Source: Rhynchopus sp. YZ270_cl-10
Taxonomy: Eukaryota
NCBI GenBank assembly: GCA_964035575.1
Contig: OZ037841.1
Coordinates: forward strand, 1,426,001-1,490,000
Direction of reading: 5' to 3'
Length of the DNA stretch: 64,000 nucleotides
In this document: one piece after another, positions 28,194 to 38,248 of the stretch
Numbering within the stretch: position 1 is the stretch's first letter
How the letters are laid out: every line of letters starts with the position of its first letter
Notes under the pieces: model-generated
The model's database searches: none
What the model saw: only the letters and a program-made list of their open reading frames with translations
What the model was told of the DNA's origin: nothing
Translations under genes and position numbers: made by a program

Positions 28194-28664
28194 ATGGGAG
28201 CACAGAACCAGTGGCGCATGATTGAGATCGGCCGTGTGTGCCTGGTCACCAAGGGCAAGTACGCGAACAAGGTTGTGGTCATCCTTGACGTTGTTGACCA
28301 GAACCGTATTCTGGTTGACTCCCCTGTCCACGCGGACTCGGGCATCTGGTTCGGCGTGCCCCGTCACGTCATGACCCTCAAGGACATCGAGCCCACCCCG
28401 GTGCTGGCGAAGGTGCCCCGTGGCGCACGTCTCAGCACCCTGAAGAAGGCGCTTGAGGAGCAGAAGACCGCCGGTGAGTGGGCTGCCCTCTCCTGGGCCA
28501 AGAAGCTCGTTATCCGTGACGCACGCGCCAACATCACCGACTTCGACCGCGTCCAGCTCGACCGCGCCCGCCGCCAGCGCGCATTCGCCCTCCGCAAGTC
28601 CTTCGCCGCCAAGCTCACCAAGGCCGGCAAGGTTGCCAAGGCCAAGACATCATTCAAGCAGTAA
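28194..28664 (+). CDS. RPL14: 60S ribosomal protein L14 (eL14), 156 aa
   Basis: MGAQNQWRMIEIGRVCLVTKGKYANKVVVILDVVDQNRILVD...WAKK...TDFDR: eL14 signature, with strongly biased codon usage. The true ATG is at 28194 (the ORF track starts upstream). Confidence 0.95.
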   Translation: MGAQNQWRMIEIGRVCLVTKGKYANKVVVILDVVDQNRILVDSPVHADSGIWFGVPRHVMTLKDIEPTPVLAKVPRGARLSTLKKALEEQKTAGEWAALSWAKKLVIRDARANITDFDRVQLDRARRQRAFALRKSFAAKLTKAGKVAKAKTSFKQ

Positions 28665-29064
28665 ATGTATTGATCAATTTCGAGATGCTTTTTTTTTTGG
28701 TCATCAAATGAATAGGGATCGGGGAAAGGGGCAGCAGGGGGGCTCTCATTTCAGTTCGGACGACAACAAAAAAAAAAATACCCTAATACCCCAGTATTCA
28801 TCGATTCTACCTCCCCCTCTCCCATTCTTTTTCCATCCCTTGAAAATCAATCATTTCCTTCACACCACACTCTAACAACACATAGCACCCGCCAAAATTA
28901 CGAACTCCGACTTTACATCATCCCCAACAACACACTAATACAATTCCAGACACAGTCTAGCTGAAGCTATGCGATAACTATAGTTCATCAAGGTGACAGC
29001 ACAGGCTTGGGTTCATCTTCTACACTTTTCCTCCCCACATACCCCCCTCTCAGATTAAGAAAAC

Positions 29065-29694
29065 ATGAACAATGTGATGTTGTCTTTGTTGCTATTGGCG
29101 AGCGCCGTGGTGGGGGACAACGTTAGTACCTGCTACTCCCCCGACGACTGCGACAGCGACGGCGACTGCTGCGGGAACGAAGTCTGCTCCGAGGGCATTT
29201 GCATGCAGGTCCTGGAATGGTGGATCATTGTACTCATCATTGTTGGCGTTTTAAGCGTTGTTGGGGGGGTCAACTTTGTCATTTTCTGTTGCACCTGTTG
29301 TGACAGAGACAGCTCTAGGGATACCGACGGCCAGAACGAACCTTATTATGACCCAGAAATGACGTACGCAGAAAACCCTGCACTCCCACGCACACTCTCT
29401 GCGCTTCCTGAAGTGGGCTACCCAGAATGTGCTGGGCTCTCTGCACCCCCTGCAATGACCTGCCCGATTTCGCTTCAGCTCATGAAGGATCCAGTCTATT
29501 GCGTAAACCGTGCGCACGTCTTTGAAAGGAAGTGTCTCGAAGAAGCACTAAAGCTACGCAAAGAATGCCCACTGTCACGCATCCCAATGGTAGAAGCAGA
29601 TATCACCCCAAACGATGAGCTCCGCATGGAAATTGAAGAGCACGTTCGTCTCCATAAAGAAAAAGAAAAAGCGGATGAGATTGAGATGGTGTGA
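29065..29694 (+). CDS. Signal peptide + Cys-rich ectodomain + TM + U-box (receptor-like E3 ubiquitin ligase), 209 aa
   Basis: Signal MNNVMLSLLLLASAVVG; CYSPDDCDSDGDCCGNEVCSEGIC; TM WWIIVLIIVGVLSVVGGVNFVIF followed by CCTCC; U-box CPISLQLMKDPV...HVFERKCL...CPLSR...PNDELRMEIEE. Confidence 0.85.
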   Translation: MNNVMLSLLLLASAVVGDNVSTCYSPDDCDSDGDCCGNEVCSEGICMQVLEWWIIVLIIVGVLSVVGGVNFVIFCCTCCDRDSSRDTDGQNEPYYDPEMTYAENPALPRTLSALPEVGYPECAGLSAPPAMTCPISLQLMKDPVYCVNRAHVFERKCLEEALKLRKECPLSRIPMVEADITPNDELRMEIEEHVRLHKEKEKADEIEMV

Positions 29695-31122
29695 AAAGGG
29701 GTTTGAAAGGTTTTTTGTTGAAGAGATGCCTTTTTTTTATACAGACGCTCTCAAAAAAATTCAATAAAATAACGAAAAATTTTGGGGGGGTTTTGGGGGC
29801 TAGCGCTATGGTGTGCCGTCCCTAGCCTTTAAAGAATGTGTGTGTGTGTGGGGGGGGTTGGGGGTGGGATGGGGTTACATAATAATGTGGTTTTAAGAGT
29901 GTACAGCTTTCTCCCCTCCCAGCGGAGTGTCGCTACCTGCGTTCTTCAGAGGTGTTAAGGTAGTGCTCGACTTCGTCCTCCCCCCTTTTATTGCGAAGAG
30001 TGTGTCTTTTCTCTGCCCGCACTGCCGTGGGGTCGGAGTTGTCGCCCTGTGTGAGTTGGGGATATGCGGTGGATGGGTGTGCCTCACAACTTCATGGTGA
30101 AGTACAAGTGCAGTGTGAAGGTGTTTGCTGCATTGCATGTGAGATTTTGTATCTTGTCAGTTGTCTCCTGTCAGTCCTCTTCTAAACATCTACGCTCTTA
30201 CACACTTTGTTTTTTTCAAAAAAAAATATGGCTACGAACCAGAGATTTCTCCCATTTTTTTTTAATCTGTCCCGAGAAGCAAAACAGCTGTTTCATCAAA
30301 AACTGGCTGTATGTTGATTGGGACGTCAGGTTCCGTTTACTTTTTTTTTTCAGTGCCTGCGTCCGCCGATGAACGGTGAGGCGCACTTTCAAGTTCTCTT
30401 TATTTGATAACGAATGTGATCAAGGTGACTAAGCACGAGAGGCTTAGGATCATCTTATAAACTTTATTTTTAGGACAAAACCCTTTGAGTGCGTATGGAG
30501 TGGGTAGTACCAACTAAACGAAAGTAATCCGACTGTCATTTTCTTTCTTTAATGATATTTCTAACAAAGAAGCTTTCCTTTGAAATCCTCTTTTCAGTTG
30601 CGCCGAGCAGATTTCTCATAACCTGTTTGGCTGCGTTCAACGAAAAACCAAAAAAAAAACACCCCTTCTTTCCTCCAGGAACGTTAGAAATATTTGGTTT
30701 GCGCGATGATATGTATCTGGTTTTGTGAATGTTGCCTCATCGCTCATCACGTTTTTTCCCCCCCTTTCTTTTTTAAATCTCGCTTTCCTTCTCGAGTCAA
30801 AAATTGTATCTTTCGTGTGCTTCTTATTTGAATAGAACGTACATGAAAAAGCCTTTCATCTACTCCCATTTTGAATGCTGATATTGTGCACTGTGAGGCA
30901 CTGATCCGTCTTTCAATTTGTGATTATTTCCCCCCCCCTAAACTAACAAGAGGCTTGTGCACCCCCCTCCTAGCAATCCTTTTGTTTCTTTATCAGTGTA
31001 TGCATCCCCGAGGTTTTGCACCACGACACTCCACCATTTTCCCTTTTTTGACGAAACCAAAGCGGCTTGGAGTTCATCTTTACAAAAAAAAAATTCTCTC
31101 ATATACCGGCTGGACCCCAGTA

Positions 31123-31224
31123 CAGTAGGACAAGTAATATTGGCGACCAAAAAAGTCGCCAATTGCAAGAAAACCCTCAAAATCCGCCAGTATTTTTTTG
31201 GTCGCCAAGTTTCTTGTCCTACTG
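31123..31224. mobile_element. Tc1/mariner-type MITE (102 bp) with TA TSD
   Basis: TA|CAGTAGGACAAG..TTGGCGACCAAAAA ... TTTTTGGTCGCCAA..CTTGTCCTACTG|TA; ~30-bp near-perfect TIR. Confidence 0.85.
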
Positions 31225-31905
31225 TAGTTGTACAAAAAAAAAGCCGACCCCTTCTTTCTTAGGGTGTACCCAAAAATTCGCCTTAGTTTTACCCCCCGCT
31301 CGACCGGTGTTTCTGTACGAGGTGGTAAGACATATCTTACCAGCGTGCTCTTTGTTTTTGATAAAGCAATAGTTGTGTTAAGGTGATTTTGCCTGCGTCA
31401 TTCCTAGCCCTGACGGTATGGCAGCAGTGTGAGGTAGTGTGTTTGAATCTGTCGCTGAATAGTGCGTTTCGAACGAAGCAAATTGATTAGGGGTGATTGA
31501 GCAGATGTGGCTTAGGTTCATCATAAAGAAGAAGAATTTTTTTTTGCCTTTCAAACAAAAAAGTGTTGTTAGAAGGCTGAGCTAGCATTGCTGACCTGAG
31601 TTTTTGAATGTACAGTGAGGCACATTTCTTTCAAGTATTTTTTTGTATTTTGTCCGATTTGTCTCTTTTTAAAGTGCAACACTAAAATGCGCACATAAAA
31701 CACCAACATGAAATACCTTCTCCCCCCTCCTCCTTAACCCTTTCTTTGACAACCACATGTCCCCTCACTGCATTCGACCAAGTTAACCGTGCTTCTATCG
31801 ATGACGTTAGTCAGAAGATTTTGACATACATAAATACACCGCTCCACCCTCTCCCTTCCCTCCCTCCTTCCCTCCACACATCCACACCAGGTCGGGGCGG
31901 GGCAC

Positions 31906-33278
31906 ATGGCATACCCCCACCAGGACCTCCGCTTCGGCTCACCCGAGAGCGATATGATGATGCGCGAGGACACATTCGAGTCTTTGCAGAACAATGAGTG
32001 CGTGAGTCCGCCACCAAGCGACTCCTTCCCCGACGAGTACGACGTAGGGGGGGTGAGGTACCTGGTGCCACCGAGGTACTCGCACTTAGCGTATGTAGGG
32101 GCAGGGAGCTTTGGGAATGTGTGCAAAGCTCAGGACGCATTGGTAAAGGGGTGGGTTGCGATTAAGAAGTTGCCGTGGCGGGCGCCTGGGCGCACAACGC
32201 CTGAACAGCACTGGCGGTACCTGCTGCGCGAAGCGGAGCTGCTGGTACACTTCAGACTCGCGCAGGCATGGGAAGTGGCGGGCATGGAGAACATCATCGT
32301 GCACGCACACGCACACGACGCGCTCTACTTCGTGATGCCGCTCATGGCCTGCTCCCTGCGCGATGCCTTCGAGGTCAACCCACAGGACTTCGCATCGCAC
32401 AGCAACGTCATGGGGATCATGCACAACCTGGTATGTGACCGATACCTTTTTTTAGCAAACTGTGTGTCCATCCATTACCTCCACACCCCCACCCACAGCT
32501 CACTGGCGTGCACTGCCTGCAGTCTGCCGGTGTCATCCACCGTGACATCAAGCCCGACAACCTGCTCTTCGATGAGGACAACGTTCTCCACATCGGAGAC
32601 TTCGGTGAGGCGCGTGGCCTCCCGCAGAGCTCGAACGAGGCGCTCACCGGGTACAAGGTGACAAGGTGGTACCGTGCCCCCGAGATTGTCATGGGTGATG
32701 CGTACACCCCGACAGTAGACATCTGGGCTGTGGGCTGCGTCTTTGCAGAGATGCTTGCTGTGGGGATGCGCAACACATCGCGCAAGAAGGAGACCGTCCT
32801 GTTCTGGACTGATGTCACCGAGGGTGCGGGGCCACGCAAACACATGCGTTCAATATTTTCTGTGCTCGGGCACAACCCTACAGACGACTTCTCCGGGTTT
32901 GCCTCAACAAATGTCCGAGATTTCCTCCGCAGCTCCGAGGCAGTCCACAGTACCGAGCTGGTGCAGCGGTTTGGCGACGGACCGCACCTCCACCTCCTGA
33001 GGAAGCTGCTGCAGTTCGACCCCAACGCTCGCCCCACTGCGGCAGAGGCACTGGCGATGGAGTACTTCGGGGAGGACGCGTGGACCGACCCACTAGACGC
33101 GTTCGATGTTCCAACCTACATCCCAACCACCGTGCCAGACGACCTCAACGGTCCTGAGCTGGAGGTCTGGGTGCGTGCCCAGCTCCTCCGACAAGCAGAA
33201 CTGCTCAGAGTTGGCATTTCACGTGAAATGTCAAAAGATCTGACACGACAGTACACCGACTCTGTGGAAATGCTCTAA
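31906..33278 (+). CDS. MAP kinase (CMGC) with TGY activation motif; join(31906..32430,32499..33278), ~434 aa
   Basis: GAGSFGNVC, VAIKK, LREAELL, HRDIKPDN, DFGEAR, LTGYKVTRWYRAPE, DIWAVGC. A 68-nt phase-0 intron GTATGT...CCCACAG joins the two ORFs. Confidence 0.9.
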
Positions 33279-33889
33279 GAAGCGCGTACGGTGCAGATTG
33301 CACACCACACCAACAACACAGCTGAGGCGGATTCTCTTCGCAAGGTTTCGCTCCGATTCATGGCTGGTCCATCGACAAGGTGACTCCTGGAAGGCTAACC
33401 AGGGGCAGGGCGTGTCGACATCAACACTCTCTGATATAGGCTGTGTGTTGTGAAACGAAAGCGCCCTGTGGTGAAGTTGTGCGAGACATGTGCCCACGCA
33501 GGACCTCCCTTCCTCTCTACCTCTGCATGAGCTTCACACTTCACCGCACTCAGCTCTCAGTTCTCCCACAACACCCACCACAAGCAAGTGCACAGTCTAA
33601 GGGGAATGCACCCTTCAGATCTCTTCAGAAAACCTGAAGGCACTGCTGCACAACAACTCAGGGAGGCCTGGAGGCCCTCTCATCAATGGTGGAGGGGACT
33701 TCAGAAAGCCCTATCTGTGCAGGCCGGGGGGTGGGGTGTGGGGAAGGGTGAGTGTTACGTGAAGCAAAGCACTGTCCTCCCCAGTGACTCCCCACCCGCA
33801 CACACATTCTTATTAAGGTGTGTTGTTGCGAGGGATCACCAGGGCAAAAATGGGTGACAGTGGTGTGCGTGTGTTTTTTTTTAAAATGT

Positions 33890-34022
33890 CTACAAGCGTA
33901 GCTTGGAGAAATAGTTCCTCAGATATGGTCGCCAATCACCCCCCTTCCAACAGGGTAATTGAGCAACGAAAAAAAACCTATTTTTTCTCTTTTACTTACC
34001 TATCAGAGTTACTATTTTTTTG
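33890..34022 (+). repeat. ~130-bp dispersed repeat, copy 2
   Basis: Matches 11473-11603. Confidence 0.85.
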
Positions 34023-34479
34023 TAAAGTGGCTTCATTCGAGCCCCCCTCCCTAGCCTTTATGCCCATCTTTGTCTATCCATTTTGTGCGTCCTTTCATTG
34101 CAAACCCTTTTTGTCAACTCTGCCTATTTTTTAAAAAAAGGGACGATCGGAAGATCTGCGACACAGTTGTGGTCGAATCCCACAAAGCTGCAGGAGACGG
34201 ATCCCCTCACAAAGAACAGACCCGACCTCTCCACTATTTCCCCAATTTTCTTTCACTATGCACACGTCATCGTACGTGCCAAAATTACGAACTCCGACTG
34301 GGGAAATGACATCATCCCTGACAACAAACTTGTAGAAGCCAGCGCAGCTGATGCTGTGCGCTAACGAATATGATAAGGTGACTAAGCATCTTATAAACTT
34401 TTCTTTCTTTTCCCCTCAAGAATCCTCAAAACAACCCTCCCAGGTTTCTTCTCGTTCCTCTTTCCTCTTTCCTCAAAAC

Positions 34480-35949
34480 ATGGAAGCCCTTTCAGGGTTT
34501 TATGCCCGGTGTCCCAGAGGGCAGCAGCATTATATTGAGTATGGGGTGGACGAGAGTTTCTTTGCGGTGAAGGAGAGGGTCGCTCGGAGTGTAGGTGTTG
34601 CCGTGTCTAGCGTGGAGCTGAGGGTGGATGATGTGCTGTTGGGTGATGAGGACAGTGAGGATTTGGCAACAGCGGATAGCGGGGTGGTTCCCTTTTGTGT
34701 GGTCGATGTGGCATGCGGGCGGGCGAAGGCGAGGGAAGCTCTGGAGGACCTAGGAGTCATCCTCAGTCCACGATCTCTTGCAGAGTCTGCGCAAAGGGGG
34801 CGACTTCAGGTCCTCAAACTTCTTGTTGCTTCGGGAATCGAACCCACTAAGGCTACCTCTGCTCTCGGAGCTACACCGCTCTTCTCTGCAATCGCTTCGG
34901 GGCAAATTCAAACAGCGGACTATCTGCTCACCCTTCGTGGCAGTGCAGATGAAAGCACAGCGTTAGGAGAAACCCCGCTAATGGAGGCATGTAAAGTAGC
35001 GTCGTATAATGCAGTGCAGTTATTATTGAAGCATGGCGCAGATCCGACGAAGTGTGATGCATATTTTGTGACCCCCTTTGGGCATCTTATACAAAGCATA
35101 AAGGGTACGGTGGCATCCATCTTAGATCCGTCGGAGAGGAATCAGAGACATAAGAATGCGGCCGCGTTCTTCGCTGAAACGCTGTCGATCGCGGAGGAGC
35201 TCAGTAGGAGGGAGGATTTTCTTGATGTTATTTCGGAGTCCGCGCTGAAACGTCGGAAAGTTTTGGGAGGGGATGCCGAACCCCGTCCAGGCGCGCTCCT
35301 GATGTTATCCGAAATCAGCGCAACATTAAAGCAAAGGTCCTCCCATCAGACGCAGATTCGCCGTCATATTGGGTCTAGACCGCCACCTCGAATGATGCCT
35401 GGATCCCCTTCAAAGAATTTGGGCGCCGCAGCACAACGAAGCGCTACAGTGTTTTTAAAGTCTTTTCAAGCAGTGTTAAGGGATAAGGCGAGAACAATGC
35501 TGTCTGGTGCTAACAAACGGTCGTTGCATGCCGCAGTGTGCATAGGTTCAAGGAAAGATGTGCTATTGAATGTGCTGTGTGGGGTGGATGTGAACACTGT
35601 GTCGTCTCTCGGGGAGACACCGTTGTGTATTGCTGTCAGACGTCGTGACCTTATGATGACCGAAATGCTGGTCAACGTGCTAGGCGCGGACCCTTCTCTT
35701 CCCGACGTAGAGGGAATCTCCCCTCTCATGCATGCAGCCCAAACAGGTTGTACCTGGCTCGTCAACTTCCTGCTCCTCCAAACCCCCTCCCTAAAGCACT
35801 GTGACCGCCACGGTGCAAACCTTCACGACCACGCAATGGCAGGAGGATCAGAGAACATAGTAGCCATCGTCAATAAAGCCTGTGGAAAGTCAGGGAGGTG
35901 GTGTCCGACAGAGGAAGGGTTTGAAGAGGTGACGGGCGAGAGTTTTTAG
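34480..35949 (+). CDS. Ankyrin-repeat protein with probable N-terminal ubiquitin-like domain, 489 aa
   Basis: ATG at 34480 follows a pyrimidine tract. UBL-like VKERVARSVGVAVSSVELRVDDVLL; ankyrin repeats GATPLFSA, GETPLMEAC, GETPLCIAV, GISPLMHAA in two blocks. Confidence 0.85.
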   Translation: MEALSGFYARCPRGQQHYIEYGVDESFFAVKERVARSVGVAVSSVELRVDDVLLGDEDSEDLATADSGVVPFCVVDVACGRAKAREALEDLGVILSPRSLAESAQRGRLQVLKLLVASGIEPTKATSALGATPLFSAIASGQIQTADYLLTLRGSADESTALGETPLMEACKVASYNAVQLLLKHGADPTKCDAYFVTPFGHLIQSIKGTVASILDPSERNQRHKNAAAFFAETLSIAEELSRREDFLDVISESALKRRKVLGGDAEPRPGALLMLSEISATLKQRSSHQTQIRRHIGSRPPPRMMPGSPSKNLGAAAQRSATVFLKSFQAVLRDKARTMLSGANKRSLHAAVCIGSRKDVLLNVLCGVDVNTVSSLGETPLCIAVRRRDLMMTEMLVNVLGADPSLPDVEGISPLMHAAQTGCTWLVNFLLLQTPSLKHCDRHGANLHDHAMAGGSENIVAIVNKACGKSGRWCPTEEGFEEVTGESF

Positions 35950-35963
35950 ATGTATTTGCCATT

Positions 35964-36152
35964 TTTTGATAAAACAACTTGTTGTCAATTCTAAAAAGAT
36001 TGGAGGCAGCGCTGCAGGGCAAACAAAACGGATTGAAAAAAACAGAAGCTTGCTTGTTTTCTTTGAGTACTCAATTAACCACAACAACCGTACTTCAGTT
36101 TAACACATTTTTTCACCTTTTTGTTTTCCCGGCTTTGAGCGCACAAACAAAA
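35964..36152 (+). repeat. ~185-bp dispersed repeat, copy 2, directly after the ankyrin gene stop codon
   Basis: Matches 2341-2522. Confidence 0.9.
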
Positions 36153-37280
36153 TTTTCTGATGAGGTGACTAAGCACGAGAGGCTCAGGGTCATCTTATAA
36201 ACTTTTCTTCTTTTTTTTTGTCTGTGGACACAGAGGGGGTTTTTTTGTTCCCTTGGCTGCTTTGCGTGTATCCCCCCTGTCCATCTAGATGTCTGTAATA
36301 ACAAAACAATACCCTTTCTATGCAAGGTGATTTTTAAAACTGATCCCAAACCTGTTTTGTGCAGGGGGAGTCGCCATACTGAGTTCTAGTGATCCCCGTT
36401 CGTTGACTGATGAGTAGAAGCGGGAGGAAGACGTATCAGTGGTTTCCACGAAATGTGAATAGGGGACGGCGGGTCACGTGGATTTCTCGTGCGCGGGGAT
36501 ACAATGATGTCCTAGTTTTCAAAAAAAAGTGAATAAAGTAGAAATTGCGGGCTGTGATCCGAGGTTTGCATTCCAATAACGCCCACTTCGTTTCCACAAG
36601 ATGCGGGAAAGTGTTCATCTTTTTCATTTTTTTTTTTTTTTTGTACCAAATTTTTATTTTATATTTTTGTGTAAGAGCCGTTCCCAGGTTGTGGGGTGAT
36701 CCATGTGGTGGTACGGAGGGGTTTGTTCCCCTCTTCCTTGCCTTTGCATGTCACTCTGTTGGTCACCTGGTGGTCGATTTACGATGCTGCGGTTTTTGCT
36801 TGTTTTCGTCTTGTTTATTTTTGTGACACTGTGAAGATTCTTCTTCATCTTGAGATGTGACTCAGGTCCATTTATATTGCAAAAGGTTTTTTGTTGATGA
36901 CAAAAAGCGATCGAGAGAGGCTTTTGGATCATCCCAAAAAAGACCCCCCTTTTTTTTCCCTTGATTTTTTTTTGCGCGCTTCCTTCCTTAAATGGAAGAT
37001 TACCAAAAAATGCGCAACGTTGTTCTTCGTTTGTGATATAATTTTTCTCGAACAAATATAAAAAAAAAAATGCCATTTCTTATCTCTATTAGGCTCCTGG
37101 GTTTTGCAGAATTCTGCAAAGAAATGTTGAGTACAGATCTTTATATCATGTGTAAAGTGATTATCAACACAACAAAAAAAATCATCCAGTAGCAAGAAGA
37201 ATGTTTCAAAAAAAGGGAGTGATCGGTGCATGCGCCCGTAGGGACATGATCATCTAGGTTTTTGCCTGAACGAGGCTTTA

Positions 37281-37707
37281 CTGGGGGGGGGGGGGGGGGG
37301 GGGCTAATACAAGAGGTACCTCTTCTATTAGGCGTAAGAATTTACGCCTAAAAAAAATTTTTTTTAGCTGGAAGTCTAATACAAGAGGTACCTCTTGTAT
37401 TAGCTTTTTTTTTCTGAATTTTTGCTAAAAAAATTTCTGGATTTTTACTCTCGCCAACCAGTAACACGGGAAAATTTTCAACTTTTTGATCGTACCTGGC
37501 CGCAATTGAAAGATTTTGAGCAAACCTTTCATTTGACACCATCGATTTATTTTTTTGTAAAAAAGTGATCAAGTCAAATAAAGGAAAGAATAAAGTACCT
37601 CTTGTATTAGCCGGTAAAAAATCGTGAAAATCCCGATTTCAAAGTACCTCTTGTATTAGGCATACCTCTTGTATTAGCAGTACCTCTTGTATTAGCCCCC
37701 CCCCCAG
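37281..37707. mobile_element. MITE (427 bp) with G-run/C-run TIRs, TA TSD and eight copies of a 15-bp subterminal motif
   Basis: TA|CT(G)nCTAATACAAGAGGTAC ... GTACCTCTTGTATTAG(C)nAG|TA. Motif TACCTCTTGTATTAG repeated, including a perfect 28-bp palindrome at 37376-37403. Confidence 0.85.
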
Positions 37708-38248
37708 TAACTGAAAGTACCCACTTTCTCTGTTTTTTTCCCCCTTTGAAAGCCTTGACAAAACTACCTTCTATTCAGTAGATCGATAGTTTATGAAATA
37801 ATTATATCTGAACCATATCAAATCCCCCGCCCCCCCCCACACATCCCCCTCTTGTTGAGGACGCCATTCTTTCCCCACCCCTTTCCCGACTACCTGGCCC
37901 TCACAAAGTTACATTACAAAGCTCTCTCTCTCTTTCTCTTTCTCTACCCCCTTTTTTTTGACAAACCTCCTCCCTGCCTCCCCCCTCACCCCATCCCCTC
38001 TACTCACCCAAACTGTTTTCAGACGAAAATACACCTTTTTTGTCCATAAGTTATTAATTCCATTTCTCTCTAACAATTTTTTCACTTCTCTGGTTGTGAT
38101 TTTCCTAAAAATTAGGTGTAAATTGGGTACTTCTTGGGTCCTTCTAGGGTATACACCCTAGCCCTATACAGCCACACCATTCTCGTGTTTTTTCCACCTT
38201 GCAAAAAATTCTCCTCTCTTTCTCTTCACCTATGCGAAGCAGTCGACA

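Noticed and set aside
33300..33700. Possible decayed 3' end of an ingi-like LINE (ILFARFRS..., HPSDLFRKPE)
   Set aside because: Only a vague resemblance across different frames; no RT or RNase H motif seen.
37304..37695. Repeated 15-mer resembling a CRISPR array
   Set aside because: Repeats occur in both orientations with irregular spacing inside a TIR element, and there are no cas genes; the context is eukaryotic.
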